Positions 38,712 to 48,043 of a stretch of 64,000 bases of DNA are shown piece after piece. The DNA comes from an uncultured Methylibium sp. (GTDB taxonomy: Bacteria; Pseudomonadota; Gammaproteobacteria; Burkholderiales; Burkholderiaceae_C). Made by a program: the position numbers and the translations under genes. The DNA is taken from the NCBI GenBank assembly GCA_964616015.1, contig CAZTTC010000001.1, positions 1,098 to 65,097 on the forward strand. Reading direction: 5' to 3'. Within the stretch, counting starts at the first letter, position 1. Every line of letters starts with the position of its first letter. The notes below the pieces were generated by a model. The model made no database searches, was not told the DNA's origin, and saw only the letters and a program-made list of their open reading frames with translations.

Positions 38712-40004
38712 TCAGAAGGACTTGATGCGCGGATCCTTCAGCAGGTCCGGCTTCAGCGTCTTGACCCACTCGGGCGACTTGGCGCCGACCGGGTTCTGCA
38801 CCATCTCGCCCGGGTAGATGGTCAGGCCCTGGATCACCGGGAAGGGGTAGGCCGCGGTCAGCTTGGTCACGCCGAGCATCTGGTCCTCCAGGCCCTGGCC
38901 GTCCTCGCGCATCTGCACCGGGCGCGTCAGGGCCTTGAACTTGAGCGTGCGCATCGCGTCGGCCACTTGCTCGGTGCTGGGCCACTTGCCGCCGTTGGCC
39001 TTGAGGGCGGCGGTGTGGGCGTCGGCCACGGCCTGGATCGCGGCAGCCGCGTGGTAGGCCGAGTAGATCGGGTACTGGCCGGTCTTGGCGCGGTACTTCT
39101 CGACGAAGGCCTTGTGCTTGGGATCGTCCTTCAGCTCCGGATGCAGGAAATAGTGGTCGCCGCGCATGCCGACGATCACGCCGTCGGGCAGCGCCTTGCC
39201 GACGCGCTCGAGCGAGCTCTCGGCCAGCGGCAGCACCCAGGTCGAGGTGCGGATCAGCCCGCGCTGCGCGGCCTGGCGGATCAGCGTGTCGAGCTCGCCG
39301 CCCCAGGAGGTGCTGAGGATCACGTCGGGCGACAGCGCCTGCAGGCGGCTGATCTCGGAGCTGAAGTCGGTCGAGCCGAACTTCGGGAACAGCTCGGCCA
39401 GCACCTGCACGTCGGGCTTGAGCGCGCGCAAGGTGTTGATGAAGATCTCCCAGGAGTCGCGACCCCAGGCGTAGTCCTGGTTGACGACCGCGATGGTCTT
39501 GAAGTCGGGCTTGGTGCGCAGCAGGTGCAGCACCGTCGAGACCATCTCGGAGGTCGCATTCGCCGGGGTCCGGACCACGTACTTGTAGCGGCGGTTCTCC
39601 AGCACCTTCTCGGTACCGCAGTCCCACATGACGTTGAGCACCTTCAGGTCTTCGGCCACCGGCGCCAGCGCATTGCAGTTGCCGCTGGAGATGGACGCGA
39701 GCATCACCTTGACGCCCTCCTCCTGCACCACACGGCGGTACTCGGACAGCAGCTTGTCGCCGCCGATGCCCTCGTCGATGATGATCGGCCTGAGCTTCAC
39801 GCCGGCCACGCCGCCGGCGGCGTTGATCTCGTCGGCCGCGATCTCGGCCGCGGCCTTGCCCGGGATGCCGAACACCGCCGCCGGTCCCGACAGGAAGGTC
39901 GTCATGCCGAACTTGAGTTCGGCCGGCTTGTCCTGGGCCAGGGCGAGTGCGGCGGTCAGCGCCAGGCCGAGTCCCAGCGCGGCAGCGCGGAGCAATGGGT
40001 TCAT
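38712..40004 (-). CDS. ABC substrate-binding protein (LivK/PBP1 family)
   Basis: Signal peptide; LSGPAAVFG...EINAAGGV; DYAWGRDSW. Confidence 0.9.
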   Translation of the reverse strand: MNPLLRAAALGLGLALTAALALAQDKPAELKFGMTTFLSGPAAVFGIPGKAAAEIAADEINAAGGVAGVKLRPIIIDEGIGGDKLLSEYRRVVQEEGVKVMLASISSGNCNALAPVAEDLKVLNVMWDCGTEKVLENRRYKYVVRTPANATSEMVSTVLHLLRTKPDFKTIAVVNQDYAWGRDSWEIFINTLRALKPDVQVLAELFPKFGSTDFSSEISRLQALSPDVILSTSWGGELDTLIRQAAQRGLIRTSTWVLPLAESSLERVGKALPDGVIVGMRGDHYFLHPELKDDPKHKAFVEKYRAKTGQYPIYSAYHAAAAIQAVADAHTAALKANGGKWPSTEQVADAMRTLKFKALTRPVQMREDGQGLEDQMLGVTKLTAAYPFPVIQGLTIYPGEMVQNPVGAKSPEWVKTLKPDLLKDPRIKSF

Positions 40005-40232
40005 GCGATGTCTCCTGTCGTTGATGAAGGCCGGGCCGGCGCACGCGGTCGCCCTGCAGGTGCAGCCTGGGCGGCATTGTTGAAAGGCAGCCGTCGGCCG
40101 TCCATCGGAATCTGGGCAAGCCGGTCTTGTCGAAATTCAAGCTTCGGGTAAGCCCCGAGACTGCCGGTTCGAAGGCCCTCCTCGCCTTTCTCGAATACCT
40201 GCCGAGACGCATCGCGTGGGACGATCTCGCGC

Positions 40233-41084
40233 ATGACGCACGCCTTGCCCAGTGCCTGGTCCGCGGCCCGGACCTACCTCTTCGTTCCCGGCGATCGGCC
40301 GGAGCGCTACGACAAGGCCTGGGACAGCGCGGCCGACGCCGTGATCCTCGACCTGGAGGACGCGGTCGCGCCCGAGCGCAAGGACGAGGCGCGCCGCTCG
40401 GTGGCGGCCTGGCTGCGACCCGAGCGCCCCGTCTGGCTGCGCTGCAACGCCGCAGACACGCCGTGGTTCGAGGCCGACCTCGCACTGGCCTCGATCCCCG
40501 GCCTGGCCGGGATCGTGCTGCCGAAGGCCGAGGCCGTGTCACCGGCGCTGCGCGAGCGGCTGCAGCAGCACCGGCTGGGCCTGATCCCGCTGGTCGAGAC
40601 CGCCCGGGGCATGGCGCAGGCCGAAGAACTCGCCGCCCTGCCCGAGGTCGTCCGCCTGGCCTTCGGTGCGCTGGACTTCCAGGTCGACCTGCAGATCGAG
40701 GGCGAGGACGACGCCTTGCTGTACTTCAGGTCGCGGCTGGTGCTGGCGTCGCGGCTGGCGGGCAAGCTGTCGCCGATCGACGGCATCACGCCGTCCATCG
40801 GCGACGAGTCGGCGCTGCGCCACGACACCGAGCGGGCGCGCCGGCTGGGCATGGGCGCGCGCCTGTGCATCCACCCGAGCCAGATTGCGCCCATCCACGA
40901 GCTGCTGGCGCCGACCGAGGCGGCGCGGCAGTGGGCCGCCCGCGTGCTGGCGGCCATGGAAGCATCGGCCGGGGCGGCCGTCGCGGTCGATGGAAAGATG
41001 ATCGATCGCCCGGTGCTGCTGCGCGCCACCGCCATCGCGTGGGCGCCGACGGCGCAGCAGCGGCTGCGAGGAGGGGCGCGCTAG
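40233..41084 (+). CDS. CitE/HpcH family CoA ester lyase
   Basis: YLFVPGDRPER, ILDLEDAV, LPKAE, VETARG, FGALD, CIHPSQI and DGKMIDRP. Confidence 0.9.
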   Translation: MTHALPSAWSAARTYLFVPGDRPERYDKAWDSAADAVILDLEDAVAPERKDEARRSVAAWLRPERPVWLRCNAADTPWFEADLALASIPGLAGIVLPKAEAVSPALRERLQQHRLGLIPLVETARGMAQAEELAALPEVVRLAFGALDFQVDLQIEGEDDALLYFRSRLVLASRLAGKLSPIDGITPSIGDESALRHDTERARRLGMGARLCIHPSQIAPIHELLAPTEAARQWAARVLAAMEASAGAAVAVDGKMIDRPVLLRATAIAWAPTAQQRLRGGAR

Positions 41085-41971
41085 GAGCAGCCGGCCGCCA
41101 GGTGCTGCAGCAGGCTCTCGACCGAACTGTTCGGCGCGCGCTCCTTGCGCACGCAGATCAGCATGCGGCGCTCGGCCCACTCTTCCGGCAACTGCCGCAC
41201 GACGAGCCCCATGCTGCGGCCCAGTTCGCTGGCGGCCTGGTAGGGCAGCAGGCCGACGCCGAGGCCGGACTGGACCATGCGGCAGACCGCCTCGAAGCTG
41301 CGCACCTGGATGCGCAGGTCCAGCGTGCGGGCCGCGACGACCGCCTGCTCGGCCAGCAGCCGCATCATCGAGGAGCCGCCTTCGAGCGCGACGATGTCGT
41401 GGTCCAGCACGTCGACGAACTGCAGGCGCTCGGCCGTCGCCAGCGGATGGGTGGCCGGCATCACCGCCGCGAGCCGGTCGGTCCGGTACGGGAACACGTC
41501 CAGCCCCTCGATGCGCAGGCCCTCGACGATGATGCCGATGTCGGCCTCGGCGGACTGCACTGCCTTGACGATCTCGGCGCTCCAGCGCTCCTCCACCACG
41601 ACGCGCACGTCGGGATGCTCGCGCGCGTAGGCGGCCAGGTCGGCCGGCAGGAACTCGGTCATGGCCGAGGTGTTGGCGAGGATCCGCAAGGCGCCACGCC
41701 GGCCGGTCGCGTGGTCGTTCATGTCCGCCTGCATCTGGTTCAACTGCATCAGCAGCGCCTTGGCATGCACCAGCAAGGCCGCGCCGGCGGACGTGAGCTC
41801 CACCCCGCGGGGCGAGCGCTCCAGCAGCGCGGTCTTGAAGCGGTGTTCCAGCAGCGCCATGCGGCGGCTGGCCGCCGCCAGGCCGATGTGCGAAGCCTCG
41901 GCCGCCTTGGTCAGGCTGCGCAGTTCCGCGGCCCTCACGAAGAGCGCGAGCGAGTCGCTGTCGGGCAGCAT
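41081..41971 (-). CDS. LysR family transcriptional regulator
   Basis: N-terminal HTH 'LALFV...SLTKAA...SRRMALLE...LLER..RGV.LT.AG' plus a substrate-binding domain. Confidence 0.92.
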   Translation of the reverse strand: MLPDSDSLALFVRAAELRSLTKAAEASHIGLAAASRRMALLEHRFKTALLERSPRGVELTSAGAALLVHAKALLMQLNQMQADMNDHATGRRGALRILANTSAMTEFLPADLAAYAREHPDVRVVVEERWSAEIVKAVQSAEADIGIIVEGLRIEGLDVFPYRTDRLAAVMPATHPLATAERLQFVDVLDHDIVALEGGSSMMRLLAEQAVVAARTLDLRIQVRSFEAVCRMVQSGLGVGLLPYQAASELGRSMGLVVRQLPEEWAERRMLICVRKERAPNSSVESLLQHLAAGCS

Positions 41972-42308
41972 CAGCGCGGAACCTCGGGGCCGGGTGGCTT
42001 CATGGCCCGCATGGTGGCGCGCCGGCGCAGCCCGGACAAGGCGGGTCAGCACCGATGCGGGCGGGCAGCGCCGGGTGCCGCTGTCGCTGGGGCGGGAGCC
42101 GCCTGGATCGGCAGGCCACGACCAGCCTGACGGCGCAGGGAGGGCGAGTGCGCCCGGCCCCCCGGGAGTCGTCGACAGCGGCGATCAGCCAGCCCGAGCC
42201 CGCGCCGCCTGAGCCCGCTGCCGCGCGGACCGACTGCTTTGCGATGCCACGACGCAGCGGGCGAGCTTGCGGGCCATTGGGTCGAGCGGCGCGCAGCGGC
42301 TGCGACCG

Positions 42309-45149
42309 TCAGCCCAGCGTCATCGCCGATTCCAACGCGGCCGCCGGCGGCAACGCCTTGGCTGGAGTCGCAAGGCACACGGGCAGCGGTGCCTGGGGTT
42401 CGGGTGGTGTCGACTGGTCTTGCAGAAGCCGGGAGATGCCTTCGGCCGGCAACGGGCGCGACATGTAGTAGCCCTGGCCGAACTCACATCCCAGGTCGCG
42501 CAACAGTTCCAACTGCGCCAGGGTCTCGATACCTTCTGCGATCACTTGCTTGCCGAGCGACGATCCGAGCAGCACGATGGCACGGACGACGGCTTCCTCC
42601 TTGGTTCCGGCGCGCAGGGGCTTGACGAAGGACATGTCGATCTTCAGGCTGTCGATGGGCAACACCGACAAGTGCCTCAGCGACGTGTAGCCCGAGCCGA
42701 AGTCGTCCACACTGAGGCCCACGCCGAAATCGTGCAGTGCCTGCAGCGTGACGATGGCGGCGGAAAGCTGCGCCATGAGAATGTTCTCCGTCAACTCGAT
42801 GACCAAGTCTCGGGGCGCCAGGTCCCAGGACTGCAGCGCCTGCCGGATGCGCATGACGAACTCGGGGTCAGCCACGTCGCGCGCCGACACATTGACATGC
42901 ATTTGCAGGTCGTCAAGGCAAGGGAACGCAAGCTGCCAGGCGCGCAACTGTGCGCAGGCCTGGCGCAACACGCCGTCGGTCAACTGGGTGATGAGGCCGG
43001 ACTCCTCTGCAATCGGAATGAACGCCGCCGGATTCACCGGGCCCTTCACAGGGTGAGTCCAGCGGCTGAGTGCCTCGAAGCCCTTGATCCGGCCGGTGCG
43101 CAGGTCCACGAGCGGCTGATAGGCCACGCTCAGCGCCTGCGCTTGCAAGGCCAGTCGCAGCTCGGCTTCCAGCCACACCCGGTCGGCCAGATCGGCGTGC
43201 AGGTGCGCGTCGAACAAGGCGTGGCGCGCTTTGCCCTCGGACTTGGCGCGGTACATGGCAATGTCGGCATCGCGCAGCATGTCGGCGGGGTGGGCATAGC
43301 CGGTCGAGTTGAAGGTGATGCCGATGCTGGCGCTGGCGCTGATCGCTATCGTGCTCAGTTGCAGCGGCTCGCGCAGCGCCTGCAGCAGGCGCTCCGCCAG
43401 CTCCACCGCGTCGGTGTCGCGATTCAGGCCGACGGCAAGGATCGCGAACTCGTCGCCGCCCATGCGTGCCAGCATGTCGCCGCTGCGCAGGCATCGAGCC
43501 AATCGAGCCGAGGCCCGCTCCAGAAACTCGTCGCCGACGCCATGGCCATGGCTGTCGTTGATCAGCTTGAAGCGGTCGAAATCCAGGAACATCACTGCAA
43601 AGGCCCGGCCCAGCCCGCCGTTGGCATCGGCAATCGCCTGCCTCACGGTCTCGTAAAAGCGTTCGCGATTGGGCAGGCCGGTGAGCTTGTCGTGAACGGC
43701 ACGGTGCTGCACCTCCAGCTCGGCATGCCGACGCACGGTGATGTCCATGCCGGTGCCGTGCATGGAGACCGGCTTGCCACCGGACGTGCGTTCGGAGACC
43801 CGGCCACGATCAAGGATCCAAACCCACCGCCCGTCCTTGTGGCGCAGGCGCACTTCTACCTCGTAGTAGGGAAGCTCGCCCTGGAAGTGACGCCGCAACA
43901 CGTCATGGGCAGTCGCCCTGTCGTCAGGATGCGTGAGTGAACTCAAAGCCTCGATCGTGATCGAGTTCATCTCCGACGAGGGGTAGCCCAATTGCCTGGC
44001 CCAGAGTTCATCGACGCGGACCACACCCGCCCTGACGTTGTACTCCCAAGTCCCGACCTGGGTGGCGTCGATGATGTTGGCCAGTGTTTGTGCGCGCCTG
44101 CGGCTCACTGCGCGTTGCCCGAGCAGCGTGGCCAGCATGGCGCTCGCCAGCGCGCCCATCAGCAATGTCAGCCAAGGCCATGGACTGGTGTAGGCGGCGT
44201 CGAACTTCGGCGTGCTGTGCGCTCGCAGCGTCAGCTCGCGCCCCGGCAGCGACACGGGCCGCGCCAGTTCATATCGACTGGCATGGGGCGGAGGCACAAC
44301 GCCGCCGGCCTCCTTGGCCATTTGTGCCGACGAGTCGAACGCTGGCACGCTGGAGGTTGCGCCGTCGACCGAGTCGACCAATTCGAAGTTCAGCAGGCGG
44401 GCTTCGACCTCGTAAATGCCAGCCAGCAAGTCGCCAGCGATGAGGGGTGAGTAGACGAGGCCCACCAGATCGGCGCGACGCTGCGCGGGCGTGGTGGGAT
44501 GTGAGCCCTGCCGGAACACCGGCAGGTAGATCAGGAACCCGAGACTGTTCTCGCCGTCCTGGCTCATCGGTATGGCGGCCGTCAGCGTGGGCTCACCGCT
44601 GCGGACCGCGTGTTCTGCGGCGCTGCGCCGGACTGACTCCGACCCCAGGTCAAGACCCATGGCGTCGGCATTTCTCGCTTCAGGCTCGATGTACTTGACG
44701 ACATAGAGGTCGGTGCGGGCCGCGTTCTGCAACTCGCGTACCGAGAACAGCGGTGCACCGTCGGCTCGCTCGGTCGCGACAAACCCGGCCAAACCGTCGC
44801 GCTCGATGCGTTGGATGACCCCGAAGCCGAGCACGCCAGGGAACTCGCGCGAGAGATCACGCGACTCGACGTAGGCTCGAAACTCGGCTCGCGCGACTTG
44901 ACCCCGGGCGGTGTACAAGCCTCTGGCCCCCTCCATGCCATGGATGGGCTCGCGGAATCGCCGCGAGACCTCCTCGGCCACCCGATTGGTGTGACGCCGC
45001 AGTTCGGACTTCGCCTCGGCTTCAAGCCTGAAGTCCAGCCAGCTCGCGCCGGCCAGTGACAGGCACAGCCCCAGCAGGAAGACGATGCCGGGCACAGCGC
45101 CGACGGACCCGCAGTGATGCTTGAACCATGCGATCAGCTTCGGTCGCAT
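42309..45149 (-). CDS. CHASE-PAS-GGDEF-EAL c-di-GMP signalling protein
   Basis: TM-CHASE-TM; PAS_3 (HPDD, R.RHKDG.W.W); HDKLTGLPNR; intact GGDEF; EAL; DDFGSGY; LKID; AEGIET. Confidence 0.92.
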   Translation of the reverse strand: MRPKLIAWFKHHCGSVGAVPGIVFLLGLCLSLAGASWLDFRLEAEAKSELRRHTNRVAEEVSRRFREPIHGMEGARGLYTARGQVARAEFRAYVESRDLSREFPGVLGFGVIQRIERDGLAGFVATERADGAPLFSVRELQNAARTDLYVVKYIEPEARNADAMGLDLGSESVRRSAAEHAVRSGEPTLTAAIPMSQDGENSLGFLIYLPVFRQGSHPTTPAQRRADLVGLVYSPLIAGDLLAGIYEVEARLLNFELVDSVDGATSSVPAFDSSAQMAKEAGGVVPPPHASRYELARPVSLPGRELTLRAHSTPKFDAAYTSPWPWLTLLMGALASAMLATLLGQRAVSRRRAQTLANIIDATQVGTWEYNVRAGVVRVDELWARQLGYPSSEMNSITIEALSSLTHPDDRATAHDVLRRHFQGELPYYEVEVRLRHKDGRWVWILDRGRVSERTSGGKPVSMHGTGMDITVRRHAELEVQHRAVHDKLTGLPNRERFYETVRQAIADANGGLGRAFAVMFLDFDRFKLINDSHGHGVGDEFLERASARLARCLRSGDMLARMGGDEFAILAVGLNRDTDAVELAERLLQALREPLQLSTIAISASASIGITFNSTGYAHPADMLRDADIAMYRAKSEGKARHALFDAHLHADLADRVWLEAELRLALQAQALSVAYQPLVDLRTGRIKGFEALSRWTHPVKGPVNPAAFIPIAEESGLITQLTDGVLRQACAQLRAWQLAFPCLDDLQMHVNVSARDVADPEFVMRIRQALQSWDLAPRDLVIELTENILMAQLSAAIVTLQALHDFGVGLSVDDFGSGYTSLRHLSVLPIDSLKIDMSFVKPLRAGTKEEAVVRAIVLLGSSLGKQVIAEGIETLAQLELLRDLGCEFGQGYYMSRPLPAEGISRLLQDQSTPPEPQAPLPVCLATPAKALPPAAALESAMTLG

Positions 45150-45208
45150 GACTAACGCCTTTGACTCGACGATGGCGCTGCACATTCGGGATGGCGCTCG
45201 GCCACTGC

Positions 45209-45838
45209 TCAGGCCGCGGCGAGTTGAGCCAGCAGTTCGGCAACGTGTTCTGCCGACGGCAGGTCAACGGTCCGGAACGCCAGCCTGGCTTGTCTGTCGA
45301 ACAGAAACACCTGCGAAGAATGCGTCCCCGCATGGAGCGGTACGCCGCGCAGGAACTCGGCCAACACGTCGAGGTCCTGCACCCTGGGCACAGCCGCCGT
45401 CCAGAAGCGGTACTGCCCGAACCGGCCGAGCCAGCTGCGCAGCGCTTGCGGGCTGTCTCCCAAGGGGTCGACCGTCAAGCTCAGCAACTGGGCATCAGCC
45501 ACCTTGACCCCCTGCGCCACGGCCGCAAAGACCGCGCCCTGGATCGGGCAGGTCGAAGAGCAACCGGTGAACATCAGCTGCACGGCGGTCACCTTGCCGC
45601 GCAACTGTGCCGACAGGCTGATGGATTGGCCTGAAACATGGGTCAGCAGCAGCTTGGGTGCCGGCAGACGGGGCAGCACCAGCCCCTGGGTCGCCGGCGA
45701 CAGTGCGGCTACGGCGTCAGCTGCACCGGTGCCAGCTCCCAAGGCGCTGACGAGGGCAGCACCCACGACGCGCCGTCGCGTGAGGGCGCTGGCGGATGCG
45801 GGGAGTGCCGTCGGTGCTCGGTCAACGGTTCGCGACAT
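45209..45838 (-). CDS. SCO family copper chaperone
   Basis: Twin-Arg-like leader; FTGCSSTCP (CxxxC); LTVDP; conserved His in 'THSSQ'. Confidence 0.85.
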   Translation of the reverse strand: MSRTVDRAPTALPASASALTRRRVVGAALVSALGAGTGAADAVAALSPATQGLVLPRLPAPKLLLTHVSGQSISLSAQLRGKVTAVQLMFTGCSSTCPIQGAVFAAVAQGVKVADAQLLSLTVDPLGDSPQALRSWLGRFGQYRFWTAAVPRVQDLDVLAEFLRGVPLHAGTHSSQVFLFDRQARLAFRTVDLPSAEHVAELLAQLAAA

Positions 45839-46238
45839 TGATGGAACGCACGAAGGCGACCACGTCGCGGACCTGTTCATCTGTCAACTCGTCGCCCCAC
45901 GGTGGCATCTTCTCCGAGCGCCCCAGCTTCTCGCCGCCCACTCGAACGATCATGGCCATGTAGGCGTCGTTCTTGTCTGAGGCGCGAAGATTGGCCGGGC
46001 GCGGGTCATACAAACGGGCTGCCCGTCCGTTGCCGTCTGCGTTCATGCCGTGACAGGTGACGCAATAGTTGGCATACACAAGGCCCCCGCGAAAGGCCAT
46101 TGCATCGGCGCTGTCTTTGGACAGCAAGGGGCCTTGCGGCACCTGCTGGGCACCGGTCGATACAGCCGCCGCGGCGAGAAGCACGCATGCCGCGGAACGG
46201 ATCAGCATCCGGACACGCTCGGCGTTCGGCGCACTCAC
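45822..46238 (-). CDS. Monoheme cytochrome c
   Basis: CVTCH, PRPANL and MPPWG. Start is the GTGA overlap with the upstream gene (alternative ATG at 46208). Confidence 0.88.
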   Translation of the reverse strand: MSAPNAERVRMLIRSAACVLLAAAAVSTGAQQVPQGPLLSKDSADAMAFRGGLVYANYCVTCHGMNADGNGRAARLYDPRPANLRASDKNDAYMAMIVRVGGEKLGRSEKMPPWGDELTDEQVRDVVAFVRSINVANR

Positions 46239-46576
46239 TTCTCGACCTCGATCACGAGTGTCATGTCGGGGTGGATGGCGCACTCGACCTCGATCGTGCC
46301 GGCCTTGTCGAAGGTCACGCTCTTGGCTCCGCCCTGCGGATAGCTTCCAAGGTCGAAGGCCTTCGCAGTCGACAGCGAAAAGACGTTGTGCGAGAACGGG
46401 TCCTCGTTGACGAACTTGACAGAGTCCCCGACCTTGAGCTTGAGCTTCTTGACGGAGAAGGCCTTGCCCTTTTGGGTGACGACCTGTTCAGCAGCGATGG
46501 CGTGCGTCGTCGCGAAGACTGCGGCCAGCGTCAGCGCCCAGGCGGCACGCCGTTGGAGTGGTACAGAAAGGGTCAT
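46235..46576 (-). CDS. Cupredoxin (plastocyanin/azurin family, MauL-like blue copper protein)
   Basis: Signal peptide; type-1 Cu ligands 'HNV...C.IHP.M'. Confidence 0.88.
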   Translation of the reverse strand: MTLSVPLQRRAAWALTLAAVFATTHAIAAEQVVTQKGKAFSVKKLKLKVGDSVKFVNEDPFSHNVFSLSTAKAFDLGSYPQGGAKSVTFDKAGTIEVECAIHPDMTLVIEVEK

Positions 46577-46579
46577 GGT

Positions 46580-47725
46580 CTACTTTCCAGAGTGCGCCGT
46601 ACGTGCCGGCGCTGAGGCCGTCGCGGTGGTCGCCGATTGCGGGAGTGCGGGAATGGCAACGGCGATGGGCCGCCCGCTGAGAGTCAACATGAAGGCGACC
46701 AGGTCGTCCCTTTCAGCAGCCGTCAGGTTCAAGGGTCGAATGTCCTTCGACAAATTGCTCTTGTCGTCGCCGCCGCGGTCGTAGTGCTCCACCACCTCCA
46801 TCAGCGTCGTGGCCGAGCCGTCGTGGAAGTAGGGGGCTGTCAGTGCAATGTCGCGCAGGGTCGGCGTCTTGAAGGCCCCCTTCATCGAGGCGACCGCCTT
46901 GATCTTGAAGCGACCTTCATCGGCTGCGCCTGCGTTCTGCTTGACACCGATGTTGTGGTAGCCGTTGTCGGTGAAGTTCGGGCCCCCATGGCACTTGGCG
47001 CAGTTGCCGCGCGCGGGGTCGTTGAACACCTGGTAGCCGCGGTACTCCTGGGCAGTGATCGCCCGGCGGTTGCCGGACAGCCAGCGGTCGAAACGCGAGT
47101 CCTTTGACACCACCGTACGCTCGAACGCGGCGATCGCCTTGGCGATGGTCTCTTCGCCGATCGCCTCGCCCGGGAATGCCTTGTTGAACATCGCCGTGTA
47201 GCCATCGACCGAGCCCAGCAGGTGCACGGCTGCGGAGAAGTCCGTTTTCATCTCTTCGGGCGTCTTCATCGGCCCGAGCGCCTGGTCTTCCAGCGACTTC
47301 TTGCGGCCATCCCACATGAACTGGGTGTTGTAGGCCACGTTGAGAATGGTGGGGGTGGCGCGACCCAGCACGGTACCGTTGATCCCGACGCCCGTTTTCA
47401 GACCGTCCGACCAGCCCAGAGCCGGGTTGTGGCACGTCGCGCAAGACACGGTGCCGTTGCCAGACAGGCGCGGGTCGAAGAACAAGGCCTTGCCCAGTTC
47501 CACCTTGGCCGGCGTCACGCGGTTGTCCGCTGCATCCGGTGCCTTGCCCAACACCCAGATCTTGTCGCCAGCGCCCGGCGCGGGAACGCCAGAGGTTGCG
47601 CCAAGCAAGGGTCCTGCAGGGGCGGCGCCGGTTGCACTGACCAGGGCGGCGGCGGCCAGCGCGAGGGCAGGCCGCAGCGATTGCGCGAGGTGTGACCTGC
47701 GCAGCGGTGGGAGGTTCATGGGCAC
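46580..47725 (-). CDS. Diheme cytochrome c peroxidase/MauG family protein
   Basis: LGKALFFDPRLS, CATCH, FMWDGR, CAKCH and FKTPTLR...PYFHDGS. Confidence 0.92.
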   Translation of the reverse strand: MPMNLPPLRRSHLAQSLRPALALAAAALVSATGAAPAGPLLGATSGVPAPGAGDKIWVLGKAPDAADNRVTPAKVELGKALFFDPRLSGNGTVSCATCHNPALGWSDGLKTGVGINGTVLGRATPTILNVAYNTQFMWDGRKKSLEDQALGPMKTPEEMKTDFSAAVHLLGSVDGYTAMFNKAFPGEAIGEETIAKAIAAFERTVVSKDSRFDRWLSGNRRAITAQEYRGYQVFNDPARGNCAKCHGGPNFTDNGYHNIGVKQNAGAADEGRFKIKAVASMKGAFKTPTLRDIALTAPYFHDGSATTLMEVVEHYDRGGDDKSNLSKDIRPLNLTAAERDDLVAFMLTLSGRPIAVAIPALPQSATTATASAPARTAHSGK

Positions 47726-48043
47726 GGATCCTTGTTGACTGACTTGCTGAGGCTTGCGCCCGACTGGGCTCGGTGGCTGCCCTGACCACTCCTAGCACCG
47801 ACCTTACTGGCACCGGCCTGAGGTGTATCGGCAGAGAAGGGCCGGACTTGAGCCTCAGTTCGGCCACGTGAGGACAGGAGATCGTGGATGCGAACCGGAG
47901 CCTTGGCATCGGAGGCCCGCAGCGGAATCGATTGGGCTCAAGAAGCGGGGCGCTCGTGCCGACAAAGTGCTGTGGCGGGCTTTGCCGAGTCGACACGCAG
48001 CGGTTTCACCGAGCACTTGCGATTCGACATCGAGCCTGACGCC

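Noticed and set aside
46235..47725. Methylamine dehydrogenase (mau) cluster
   Set aside because: MauG- and MauL-like genes are present, but no mauA/B/D/E in the window.
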